Below, one piece after another: positions 33,901 to 45,199 of a stretch of DNA of 64,000 nucleotides (its first letter is position 1; each line of letters starts with the position of its first letter). The notes beneath the pieces were generated by a model. That model saw only the letters and a list, made by a program, of their open reading frames with translations. It searched no databases and was not told the DNA's origin. Location: contig MCFE01000032.1 of NCBI GenBank assembly GCA_002104905.1, positions 62,001 through 126,000 of the forward strand, read 5' to 3'. The DNA is from Basidiobolus meristosporus CBS 931.73 (lineage: Eukaryota; Fungi; Basidiobolomycota). Both the position numbers and the translations under genes were made by a program.

Positions 33901-35914
33901 TAGCTTCCTGCATTCTCAGATCATTCAACTTGCTTCTTTATTATTGTTAATAAAGATTTCACCCTTTGGTGATGATCATACTGCTACCTCAAGAAATGAA
34001 TCCATGTTCAGCCTGCAACAAAGCTACCTGAGTTTCCCTAACCCAAAAACAGAGAAACTCCTCCTGACAGCAATACACCACTCCAAGGCAATTCACCACA
34101 CTCTGCATACTCAGCTCTGGGATCATATTATGAGTTCTTTGCCTCTGCAATCTTCCAACTCTATAACAAGAACAGTATCAAGACTCTACAGGGCAATGAG
34201 GCCCTCTTCCAGGAAGTTACCTTCAACAGAACAGCTGGCTAACATCTTCTTCTCTACAAAGCAGTACTCAACTCCTGGCTTTCATCCTGACTTCAAGACT
34301 CTGCCCATCCCACTTGCACTTGATCAAAGGAGAATCCATAATGTGCTCAAGAGGCTTCCCAACTCTACTGCTCCAGGTGTGGACACAATCTCCTATGAGC
34401 TTCTGAAGACTAGTACCAAGGCCATGTCTGCACTTCTGCTTCCACTGTTTCAGCAATGCTCAGCCCAGCTTTCTACTCCTGAGGAATGGTCCTTTGCAAA
34501 TGTTCTGCCACTGTACAAGGGTAAAGGAAAGCACCTGGATCCTAGCTCCTACAGGCCAATATCTCTGCTGCCCACCTGCAGAAAGGTGTTTGAGCTTCTG
34601 CTTGCTCAGGAGCTCTACTCTGACTCCCTCAAGTTTCATCCTGCACAGTTTGGCTTTGTTCCTGGCCTCTCCTTGGAATATGCAGTCATACTTAGCCAAG
34701 ATCACTCTCTCCAGTGCAAGTATCCCTCTGTTCTGTTTGATATTACTAAGGCCTTTGATTCAGTTGACAGAAATCTGCTTTGGTCCAAGTTGCAATGCTT
34801 CTCCAGTACCTCTCTCACCCTCCTTGTCAGGTCTCTGTTTCTGGATCCACAAGCAAGAATTCTGCACCCAAGTGAGCAATCAGCTGTGTTCTCAGTTCCT
34901 AATGGAGTGGTTCAAGGCTCTGTGCTTGGTCCTATACTGTTTGCCATCTTCCTGAATGATTTCCCAAGACTCTCAGCTGACTGCCTGGTTACTCTCTTTG
35001 CTGATGACATCAGAATATCCTCCTCCAATGTGCAACAAGACTCCCAGACCATCCACCAGTATCTGCAGAAGAATAATCTCCAGCTTTCCATTGCAAAGAC
35101 AGTACCTTTGGGCTCTCCCATCAACTTGGAGAACTCCACTCTACCTGCTCAGGTTTCTGCTACATATCTTGGCTTTCCTTTCCTTCCTACTGGACTAGAC
35201 TCTGGAGCACACCTGAAGAAGAGAATTATCCTGGCAAGACAGGCACTCCACAAGCTACTGGCTGTTACTCCTCCTACAACTTCAGCTCCCAGCTGCCTCC
35301 TTCTACTCAAGCAGTTTGTCTTCCCTGTCCTGGAATTTGGCTTACCACTTCTCTCTCTTACTTCTAGAGACTGCACTAAGCTTGACAAGTTTGCAGTATG
35401 GTGCATTACCTCCTTGGTGCCTCATTTGCCTGAATGCCCCTACAGACATGCTATTCTTGGTGCTTTTGGGTTTATGCCCTATAAGATCAGACTTCTCTAC
35501 CTTAGAACCAGATTATACCTCAGACTTCACAACTGCAACAACCCACTGATTAAGGCCTGGAAGAGAACACACCACACAACACCTGGCTCCTGCTGGAGAA
35601 CTATACTTGGAGATCCTGAAGTCAAGAAGTTTGCTCACTATATTCTGCAGTCAGAAAAACCCAAGCTGGCCTACCTGAAGTACTTGACAGACCTTTGGCA
35701 GCAATATCTGCAGCAGCACACTCCCTTTATGATGAATATCAATCCTTATCACATTCCCCTCATTAATGTTGTTCACAAGTCATTCTTACCTCTCTTGCTA
35801 CCCCCCTTCCCACTGAACAGTGTCTTGAGCACTGAAGAACTATCATCACTTCTTATTAACTTACCTACAAATTCCCCTCAGCTACACACTCTTGTATCAA
35901 AGCTACAACAGTAG
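33851..35914 (+). CDS. Non-LTR (LINE-type) reverse transcriptase, open frame, no endonuclease recognised (internal ATG at 34004)
   Basis: APGVDTI, YRPISLL..RKVFE, QFGF, DITKAFDSV, GVVQGSVLGPILF, LFADDI, YLG. I see no APE motifs upstream and no CCHC/PD..D..K motifs downstream. Confidence 0.88.
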   Translation: MSAYLLSTSYKSEFTTCSFLHSQIIQLASLLLLIKISPFGDDHTATSRNESMFSLQQSYLSFPNPKTEKLLLTAIHHSKAIHHTLHTQLWDHIMSSLPLQSSNSITRTVSRLYRAMRPSSRKLPSTEQLANIFFSTKQYSTPGFHPDFKTLPIPLALDQRRIHNVLKRLPNSTAPGVDTISYELLKTSTKAMSALLLPLFQQCSAQLSTPEEWSFANVLPLYKGKGKHLDPSSYRPISLLPTCRKVFELLLAQELYSDSLKFHPAQFGFVPGLSLEYAVILSQDHSLQCKYPSVLFDITKAFDSVDRNLLWSKLQCFSSTSLTLLVRSLFLDPQARILHPSEQSAVFSVPNGVVQGSVLGPILFAIFLNDFPRLSADCLVTLFADDIRISSSNVQQDSQTIHQYLQKNNLQLSIAKTVPLGSPINLENSTLPAQVSATYLGFPFLPTGLDSGAHLKKRIILARQALHKLLAVTPPTTSAPSCLLLLKQFVFPVLEFGLPLLSLTSRDCTKLDKFAVWCITSLVPHLPECPYRHAILGAFGFMPYKIRLLYLRTRLYLRLHNCNNPLIKAWKRTHHTTPGSCWRTILGDPEVKKFAHYILQSEKPKLAYLKYLTDLWQQYLQQHTPFMMNINPYHIPLINVVHKSFLPLLLPPFPLNSVLSTEELSSLLINLPTNSPQLHTLVSKLQQ

Positions 35915-35984
35915 CGCTGGCTTCTTTGTTTCAACTGAAATAAAGATTTCACCTGTTGGTGACTGTCTCCCCCCCTAACCCTAA

Positions 35985-36632
35985 GAAACAAGTTCAAAAG
36001 CTGTTTCTGCCTTCTCTGATCTGCAAGAATCTATTGTCTCTCTGCCAGCTGTTCCTGTCAACAAGACTCCCCAAGAATCATCTGCTCCTGCTCACTCTTC
36101 CTACTCTGAAGGTGTCAAAAAGCCTGTTCCTGCTTCCTCAAGACATCCTGCTGCTCCTCCCAAGACTAAAAGAAAGTTTCCTGCTACTTCTGATTTGCCT
36201 CCTGCTACTGACTGGGCTGTCTGCTACTTTGCCAATGTGGAGTTTATTCCTATATCTGAGCATAGGATGTATCTCAAGCAACAAGGTTACAATTTATCCA
36301 AGATTGTTAACATGAGATTTATCAACCATCACACTCTGGAGGTAGTACTTGACAAAAGTATTGCTAAAGAATTCTCTCAAAATGTCTCTGACCAGTTTTA
36401 CTGGGAACCTACTGACCATGCCTTTAAAGAGTTTCCTGATTCTCCAGTTTACAAGACCTTCTCATTAGAGGAATCTCTGCTCTCAAGATTCACTTCACTT
36501 ATCAAAAACTCCCCTTCACCTGCTGTTACCCACTTCCTCAAAGATTATTATATCTCTCAAGCTTATCTACTTCACTCCCCCATGAACCTGAACTCCAGTG
36601 TACTCTGGGATACTGCCTTAACTTTAGCTTAG
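35985..36632 (+). CDS. ORF1/gag-like protein, open frame of ~215 codons lacking its 5' end
   Basis: The frame is open from just after (CCCTAA)2 to TAG. SYSEGVKK and PISEHRMYLKQQGYNLSKIVNMRF resemble, from memory, ORF1 proteins of early-diverging fungal LINEs. Confidence 0.55.
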   Translation, partial: ETSSKAVSAFSDLQESIVSLPAVPVNKTPQESSAPAHSSYSEGVKKPVPASSRHPAAPPKTKRKFPATSDLPPATDWAVCYFANVEFIPISEHRMYLKQQGYNLSKIVNMRFINHHTLEVVLDKSIAKEFSQNVSDQFYWEPTDHAFKEFPDSPVYKTFSLEESLLSRFTSLIKNSPSPAVTHFLKDYYISQAYLLHSPMNLNSSVLWDTALTLA

Positions 36633-36846
36633 ATTTATTCATATTCAAATTAGTATTTACTTTGGGAATCTTCTATTCCCAGCTGGCTTCTTTATTTGTA
36701 GTTAGACTTGTCTGCAATCAAATAAAGATTTCACCTTCCTTGGTGACTTTCCCTCCCCTAACCCATCCAACTTTTCAGCCAAGGGAAAAGTTCTAGTAAT
36801 AGTAGTAGTAGACATTGCAGAGAGTGACAGCTTGGGGCTCATAACC

Positions 36847-37272
36847 TGTTGTAAGAGTCTTGGAGATATTGGAAGTGATTTGGAGAGCAAGTAGATTATG
36901 TGGTTTGCACTTAATGATTTATTGAATGTAGAAGTGGTATTTATACTTTTACCTGGTCTTGGCATTACAAACACGTAGAATAGGTTAAGGAAGGTCCCAA
37001 GAACATGTGTGCAAAGTTTGGGGCTGCTTGGACAACTTTGAGAATTTTTATGTTCTGGGTACCTGGTATTTTGGTGAAAATATTCTAAGTAAATCCCAAC
37101 AAGGAATTTGGTCAGTATTCTCTAGGATTTGAAGGTGATGATCTAAGTGACTAAGTTAGGTGAATATTTAGGTGGAAATACAAATTTTTACAACAAATAT
37201 ATCATCAAGTGAAAACCACATAATCTTCCTGTTGTCAAAATCACTTCCAATATCTGCAAGATTCTTACAACA
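36847..37272. repeat. 349-bp non-coding repeat (TGTTGTAA...TTACAACA, 36847-37195) plus an inverted copy of its left end (37201-37272)
   Basis: 8-bp terminal inverted repeats; homologous to ~37950-38270 and 47150-48300. Confidence 0.7.
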
Positions 37273-38526
37273 TTGATATCATATTCCCCTTATCACTGTT
37301 GTGGACAAATTAGTCTTACCCCTCATGCTACCCCCCTTCTCACGGTACAGTGTCTTGAGCACTGAAGAGCTATCATTTCTCCTTGTTGACTTGCCTACCA
37401 ATTCCCCTCAGCTACACACTCTTGTATTAAAGCTACATCAGTAGCACTGGCTTCTTTGTTTCAACTGAAATAAAGACTTCACCTGTTGGTGACTTTCTCC
37501 CCCTTAACCCTCTGCTTGGTACTTTACTTTTAAGCTCTAGTGATATCTGTGGCTACTTCCAAGAGTCTTACAACAGAGCAATTCAAAGACTGTTACGTGA
37601 CTTCTGTATTTTTTATCTTCAGTCATCTTTGTAACTACCTAACAGAATAAAGATTTCACCATAATATTGACTTTCACTCTCCCTTACAGTTTGTGATTCC
37701 CTCCAAACCCCTCAATATTCTTTTCTTCAAAGAACAACCTAAAACAATCATTCCAACATCACCCAAAAAAGCAAAGTTCAAGTTGGGTATTTAGTTAAGT
37801 GATTCAAATACTCTTGGCTGACTTCTATATTTTTAGCCTCAATAATTTTGTACCTATTCTACATTACAAAAATCTCAATACAGGCAACTTTCTTTGCCCT
37901 ATCACCCCCCAAGGTAGTTTTATTTATTTGCACCCCCTTACTCTATGAGCAAGTAGATTATGAAGTTCTTACTTCAGGATTTGCTGAATGTAAATTTGCA
38001 TATATTCTTTTACATGGTCTTGGCAATACGCACATAAAAAGTTTCAAGGAATATCCCAAGTACATGTATCCAAAGTGTGGGGGCCCTTGGACAACTTGGA
38101 AGATTTTACCAAAATATCAGGTACCCATGATATGAAAGGTTGACAAGTAAACCCTGACAAGGAACTTGGTCATATATGTTGTAGTCTGCAAATCTTACAA
38201 TATTTTGCTCTAGCTAATGAGATATTCAGGCGTAAATATAAATTTACCACATATATTAGTAACATATTTGTTATAGCTATGCTGGCATGTACAAAATCAT
38301 CTCCACAAACCATAACTGCATGGGTGGCTAATCAATTAGAGTTAGAGTAACAAGCGTAGTACAGATTGCAATAGCAACGATGTATAACAAGGACATGGTT
38401 ATCCACAAGCATAGTGGAGGTAACAATAGCAAGGGCATATTTATTCATGGATACAAATATAATAAAACACTACTTGATCCGAATGAACTATGATCAACAA
38501 AAGCACATTCTACAACTATACAATAT

Positions 38527-40422
38527 TTATACCTTCGCCTTTTCGTCATCAACCATCTGTGCTCGTAAAGCTTGTGCTTTGGCGCGTTTTTCATCCTCTC
38601 TGTCTATATGACCGAAGTAGTACCAAAATAAGATGCTCATTACACCATTTGCAATAGAGAAGCCACCGTAAGTCCAAACCCTCTGAGACACTGAGGATAA
38701 GGCCAAATCGATAAGAGTTGCCCCAGCATACGGAAGCAAGTATACAGCGGCAACAAGACCCTTCATGGATTGGGGAGTACGGGTGTAGCAGTATTCTAGC
38801 GGAGTGACCATCACAAAGACTATAAACAAACCGGTTAGCTCGGCCTTCAAGTATTAATCGGTAAATGATCTAGTTACTTTCTGATAACCCCATCAAGAAG
38901 TATGTGATCAGCTGCCACCATACAGAGATCTCTGGTAGGTGGTTAGCTTTATGTCTGTGGATCTGATCCTGGATAATCGCAGAGCTGGCCATGCCCAGAC
39001 CACCCAACATAAAGCCAACTACCATGCGTTTCATGGGACGGAATGGAATGTTGAGTCGTTCAAGTGTGGGATACACGACGTACATAAGAGTTGGAACTAG
39101 AGCGATGATGAAGAATGAGTTGAAATTGAACATGACATCGTTGGGGACGGGCGGTTCATGGAGGCAGCCTGTGACACCAAACTTGAGGTTACTTGGTTAT
39201 TACCCAAAGCCCATACAATGGTTGGAGCCAGAACTGAAAAATCGTTAGGAAACATGAATCTCCGAAAACCAGGGCAATTTACTTACTTTTACAGGCGTTC
39301 AACGTCTCTCTGGCATTATCGACAAACTCATCGTCCCAAGTCTTTTTAACTTTATCTTCCTCCGTTTCTGGGGGAACTCCAGACGGAGCGTTAGTCTTTG
39401 CACATTCCAGTGCTGAAGATGGCTTGGGGTTAGAGGCGTTGCGACGCTTTCTGCCATACATGTAACACCTAAACAGCTTGACTAGTGCAGAATTTCCGGT
39501 TGGCGGCACTTTGACATACTTGTCACGGCAGGTAAAGAACAGAGTGGTGGACAGCATGGTAAGCACTGCTGGGAACAAAAAGCAAAGCCAGAATCCAACT
39601 CGGCTTTCGATATATGGGGAAATGACACCGCCGATAAGCGAACCAGCTTGCATGACGCACATGAAGTAATGATACACTTGGCGTGAGTTGATCTCTGGAT
39701 CCACTACCACCATCTCGCCCTTTACTTCCTTCACTTTCATCTTATCCATCTGAAATTGATCGGCAGCCATGGGTTGTACGAGACTCTTGATGCCACCTGA
39801 ACCGCATGCTATAGTTGGACCAAAATCGATTACTACCAATGGTGTAGAAACATTACATCATGCTCCGGCTGCTTACCAACGATCACAAGTCCTATGCAGT
39901 AGCCAGGGAGTCCTGCTCCAGCTTCGAGGGCAGGTGGAATGGCGGTGAGGGTCAATAGTGACCACCCCACAATGAATAAGCAACAAGAAAACAAGATGGA
40001 CTTGTATTTCCCCCAATACTGATCACAAATGATTCCCAGGCATAATGGCCATATGTAGCAAACCAGCGCAAACACTTGCTTCAACGCATAAGCTGTTGTT
40101 TGGCCCTTTCCGAGGGCTCCTGCTGGCTTCTTGTGGTGGTATGGATACTTGGCGTAATTCATAAAGGTGATTACACCACCACGGAACGCGAAACGCTCAC
40201 AAAATTCAACTTTCAGAGTGGTTGTTGAGCATGGATCGATGTGATAGATAAAGTTGATTACCACTTACTCAGGATGATGATCCACGATGGCAACGGGACT
40301 CGTTCGCCCACTCTGCGCAACGATTTTATATTCACGCCATCCACTACGTCATTCCCTTCGTTCTTTTCCGACTTGCTGCGCTCAGCTCCGAATTTCTCCT
40401 CTTTGTTGTGTGATTCATTCAT
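38527..40422 (-). CDS. PTR2: POT/PTR2-family oligopeptide transporter (multi-exon)
   Basis: EFCERFAF (ExxERFxY), ICDQYWGKYKSI, GSGGIK..V.PMAADQF, LEYCYTRTPQSMK. Exons correspond to ORFs 40258-40485, 39833-40264, 39279-39839, 38870-39133 and 38527-38850. Confidence 0.9.
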
Positions 40423-40640
40423 TGTCGGTGCAGTCTCTGTAGTATTGCTGTTGCTTATATAGTGGCAGATGAATGCTACCTCCAAAGCGTCCTGATTGAA
40501 GGGAAGAACGATTTTCCATCACAAGAAAAGAGCTACAACCACGGATTTTTTTTCAGCACCGCGCCACTCATATAAATGGAGAGTTCGGGCAATATCGACC
40601 AATCTATCAGCCCACCAATCCTTCTCAGGGGGTAGGGGCA

Positions 40641-40702
40641 TGTGAAGAGGAATACCAACTATGGCTCATTATTGTGAAGAGAATACCAACTATGGCTCAT
40701 TA
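40641..40702. repeat. Tandem duplication of ~31 bp upstream of PTR2
   Basis: TGTGAAGAG(G)AATACCAACTATGGCTCATTA twice. Confidence 0.85.
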
Positions 40703-42496
40703 GACGTTATCTTGGCCAATTTAGGACTCATTCATCTAGGCCACGTTGGATAAATTCTGATATGTGAATGGCTTTTACGGTCCTATTGAGATCACCTAAA
40801 TGAACAAAGACTACAGGAAATGTGGTTCGAAATGGTAAGGTTACTCCTTTTGCGCAACTCAGCATTTGGCTTGATTGACTCGCTATTTTCTACCCTCAAG
40901 TGACGCTCATCGAACACACCTGGCTGTATTGGGGTGAACTAAAGCTGGGAATTTAGTCACCTGTTGCCAAATTCGATGTACAGCGATGCACAGCACAGCA
41001 CTCGCTAATGCTCGAGTCGATTCGCAGTTTAGTGCTCGCTAGTGACAATGTGTGAATGGGCTGATGGGCCGATGGGAATGAAACATTAGAAATTGGCCTG
41101 AAATGTTTAACCACAATAGATTACCCGTATTCATGCTGTTATTAATCGGTGTTATCTTCCCAAATTCTAGGTTCGGATCATCGGCCTTGAGTTACATTCG
41201 GCTTTCGCCGCTGTATTCGCCCGGCTCAGGTGTCTGTTTCAGCTTGATTAAAATCAATCGTAAAATGTCTGTCCGATTCGTAGCACATTCAATTTTAGAT
41301 TTACAATGCTGAGGTGATCTAATCTTGATTAGCTGATTGCGAAAATGAAGTTAGCAAAGCGATATGGAACAGGAGCATAAATATTTTTATTGAGCCATAG
41401 TGCCATCGACGATACTCCGTTATATAGTTTGACAGCAGCCATGTCTATTCCCCCTCCATCGTTACAAATCAGGGCAAGTAAGCATCGCCAAGTACAACGC
41501 TATGGTCTGAAATGAGGAGCTATAGACGTTGAATATCTGATATTATGTCAGTATTGTTAGGGTTGCTTGAGGGTTAAATATCCGATATATCTTGTTTGGA
41601 TATATCTTATTGCTTGGAGGGTTAGAGACAAAATGGCTTAGGTGAAGTTACTTGGGATTATGTCACTTGTCCGACTGTCTGAAGTATTGCTAATGGGAAG
41701 AGGGAGCTTAAATAGGCAAAACTGAGGAATTTCATTAAAAGTGCGAATTATCAGCACCTTGTGAAACATCAAAGTAACTGTCGAAATCTTGATTAGGAAC
41801 GATAAGATAACTCTTATCCACTTATCCACCTATCCTTAGATTATCATCTCGAAGTCATTCCATGAATGGGTCACGTTAGTGTGGTTGCCCGACGAAGAAT
41901 ATGACTGGCCTAGAGGGGACTTTTCTTTACCGTGAGAGACCGAAATATACACCTAATCGAGGGAAAGTAATGAACTTCAATACAAGACACTTGGGGAAAG
42001 GCAAAGGTTGTGCCCATTGTTTTGGCTACCATTTGGCGGTGGCGCCATGGCTTCACACACGAAATGAGTCCTTAGCGATCAATGGGCAGGTGTAACTTGC
42101 CTTTTCGATGCAAAAGGTATCAGACCAAAGCGCGGCATAAATATGCGTGAACAAGTACATTTCTTTAGAGCGGTTACCTTTATTACCTCGAATCCTGTAC
42201 GGTCTATTTGTTACACTCATATCAACATGCCAATGAAGTGGCTCATATTAGTACAGTAGCCAATTATGGTTTAGATATACAAGTTTCATTGAGGTGCCAA
42301 TAGTTTTCGAAGGAGTGATCGTTTTGGGTAACTACTTTTTTTCTATATCTATTCAACCGGTGAACAATCCCTATAAATGGGGGCCTGGGAAGCCTTATCC
42401 CAACGAGCAATGTTAGTTTCTAGTTTGTCATTTTAGCCTCGTTTTATATTTTTGATCACCCTGGCTCCTGAAGCTTATTCTCCATAGTTCCAACAA

Positions 42497-43418
42497 ATGG
42501 ACTCTACTTCGCTATTCCATGCCAACTTCAACAATACTGTGGCGGCGATGGCATTGCCAGTGGCCATCAGTAACACATGGAGCTCGATTCAAATGGTTTC
42601 TAGGAATAAACCATTCATTTACAAGATAAATCTGGCACAGTCGTTGTTTCTGCTCGTCAACGCGATCATTCAGATGCTTGGTGGCCTGGGAGCTCTCTTC
42701 AATTGCGATGCACGGAATTATACCTACGGAGCTTGTTCGTATTTCTCTATAGTGTTGATCGACATGGTTTTATTCATGAAAGCCTATTACACCAACCGCT
42801 CCAATCTCTATATTATAGCTTCTATGGTGGTTCTTCGGCTAGTCCATATGAGCTGTTGGGTTATGATTCTACTAAATACCACAATCGTGAATGGTCTCTA
42901 CGAATCTTGCCAAAATACCAGTAAAGAGCTATGGTTCGTAGGGCTGCTATCCACAGAGGCCGTTATCATCGCATTTTTGACCGTCAGCTTCCTGATTACT
43001 CTATACCGCACACACCAGTTCTCGCCTGCCTATTTCTATAGTTCATTAATGCGGGATGGAGTGATCTTTGCCGTCTCCCGCTGCCTGATCTACTTCATCA
43101 TCACGATACTGTATCTTCTTCACGTCGCGCCATATACCGAGTTGCTCTTTGTCGAATGTAAGTCCGGCTATCATCAATTCTCGTTCACACTGATGCCTAA
43201 ACATCTCTTTTGTAGGGACTATTGCATCCAAGCTCATGACAGAGCAGCTATTACATTCGCATGAATGGCGGCACAATACGACCACGGGTATATCCAACTC
43301 TAACCAACCACCAACCGTCAGTGCTCTGATCTCACCGAAGTCGAACATTGAAGAGGAGTACTACCCCTTAGAGCATGAGCTGAATACCATCTACCCATCC
43401 CAATCTAGACTTGGTTGA
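42497..43418 (+). CDS. Multi-pass, probably 7TM (GPCR-like) membrane protein; intron 43158-43215
   Basis: About seven hydrophobic segments, Cys in two predicted outer loops, and a GTAAGT...TGTAG intron that joins to WTIASKLMTEQL. Confidence 0.7.
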
Positions 43419-43783
43419 ATTTTAATTGTATTTAAGTTGGAACGAATATAGAATAAACCATTCGGAATACCATCTGACTAGGCTGCATTCGGCAATTACT
43501 AACATCCAGATCCTCCAAATCCAGCCGGTAGTGTAAGAATCATTTGAAGCCAATAACTCTTAAAGTTGAGTTACTCGCAGCTGATTAGTCATCTGTTGAT
43601 ACCGCTCGGAAACCCTTCTTGCCGATTTCCCTTCAATTTCCCTTCTTACTAACCTTCATCAATCAGATTCAACCGCGTTCCCTCCATCTTGACCCATGAT
43701 ATAAATTCCATATCTTGTGCGAATTTTTAATTGCCAGTTGTTGATACCACAAACATTCTTCCCCTCAGATACTCTCTCCGTCA

Positions 43784-44278
43784 ATGTACCCCCACTCCAA
43801 GGCTCTTCCTATCAACCTGACACTAATTGGCGTGACATTAATAATAGTGCTGGCGATATGCCATGTTTACCTAAAGCGGCCCCGCATTCGGGACCTTATT
43901 ATCATCATATGTGTTTACCTTGCTCTCTGCCTGATCTACTTGGTAATGCCACTGTCTATAAGTTCAACAGGAACCATTCTTATGCAAAGTGCATTCATAT
44001 AGGGCACCTACCTCCTTCGCCGCTTTCAGAATCGACGCACTAGAAATGTGACGGAAACCCCAAATGCAACCGCGGAAGCACCACCTATATCATACCCAAC
44101 CTATGCTGACTACAGAAACTCCCTTCTGCCCCCTCTTAGGCCTCTGCCGGAAACTCGTATTCCGATAACCCCAACAGAAGAGTTGGTTCCACCAAGCTAC
44201 AACTCAGCAATCAACGAACCCGCGCCCTCCTACAGGTCAGCATCCAACCTGTCGATACAGCTGCCACAGAATCCTTGA
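43784..44278 (+). CDS. Small 2-TM protein with a Pro-rich tail and a PPxY motif; intron 43943-44002
   Basis: A phase-0 GT..TAG intron removes the stop and joins two hydrophobic helices to ...LVPPSYNSA...APSY. Confidence 0.6.
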
Positions 44279-44821
44279 TCGTACACCACGGCTTTCGTGT
44301 AGGAGGAAGTCGGTAATTGATCACCACGAGTGGCTAGCATCTTTTTGTTTTGGAAGCCAACTCTAATGTAATATATTGAAGATCGGGCTCGATCCACATA
44401 ATATTGATAATATAACTAATAGCCACCTCAGTGAGAATCCAAGTTGGACCACCCTATCGTCTGCTTTGTAGTCCATCATGGTAGGACATGATGTCACAAG
44501 TAATCCTGTATGTAACATACGACTCTAGGGTTTCTAGCGGTGCTCGTAGTGGGGATGTGGTTGTCAATGGAAGATTGCGTAAATCCTATGTGTCCCCAAT
44601 ACATCAACTGATTGAGTAAGTTTCTGCAGAAGATGGCAAGACTCTAATCAACATCCGTTTGAGCCCTAAGACCTTGAGAATCAATAAATATACTAGAACT
44701 TACTCTTGGTTGAATCACCCAGCACTGTCGAATTGGATGGGCAGAGCTGGAAACCATTCTTTCTGTGATACATGTTTCTATTTGCCCATGATCCCTTGGA
44801 CACAATGGTAAATTTAAATTC

Positions 44822-45035
44822 CGACCTTCCAGCACCTAATCAATCTCCGGCAAATTCTATCACTCCAGATCGATACAGAACACCTCGTTCCAAAGTGAAG
44901 TATTCGGGTGGGCACGGGACAGGCATGAGCAAATCGACCTTCCAGCACCTAATCAATCTCCGGTAAATTCTATCACTCCAGATCGATACAGAACACCTCG
45001 CTCCAAAATGAAGTATTCGGGCGGGCACGGGACAG
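44822..45035. repeat. Tandem duplication, ~101-bp units, period 113, upstream of RPS18
   Basis: 44822-44922 versus 44935-45035, about 4 mismatches. Confidence 0.9.
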
Positions 45036-45199
45036 CCAAGAGCGGAGAAGTTGCTTAAGGGATTGCTTAAATCATGAACAATCGAGCGTTCCGGCTGCTT
45101 ATCTTTTTTTCATTTTTTTTCTTAGTATGCTCGGATCGATAAAGTTCGAAGATTCGGGTTAAGGGACTTTCTCCTTTACTTGGTGTCTCAACGTTCATC

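Larger units (their letters stand above)
33192..37690 (+). mobile_element. Head-to-tail chain of LINE-type retroelement units sharing a 3' hairpin motif
   Basis: Motif (A)ATAAAGATTTCACC-loop-GGTGACT..CCCCTAACC at 33392, 33949, 35939, 36721, 37469 and, degenerate, 37646. It separates ORF1-like and RT units. 37290-37510 repeats 35770-35984. Confidence 0.7.

Noticed and set aside
33192-37690. Penelope-like element with hammerhead ribozymes
   Set aside because: The RT motifs (YRPISLL, QGSVLGP, FADD) are LINE-type, and I found no CTGANGA...GAAA hammerhead core in the repeated motif on either strand.
33362-37690. CRISPR-like array
   Set aside because: Spacing is irregular (180-2000 bp), the intervening sequences are ORFs, the context is eukaryotic, and there are no cas genes.
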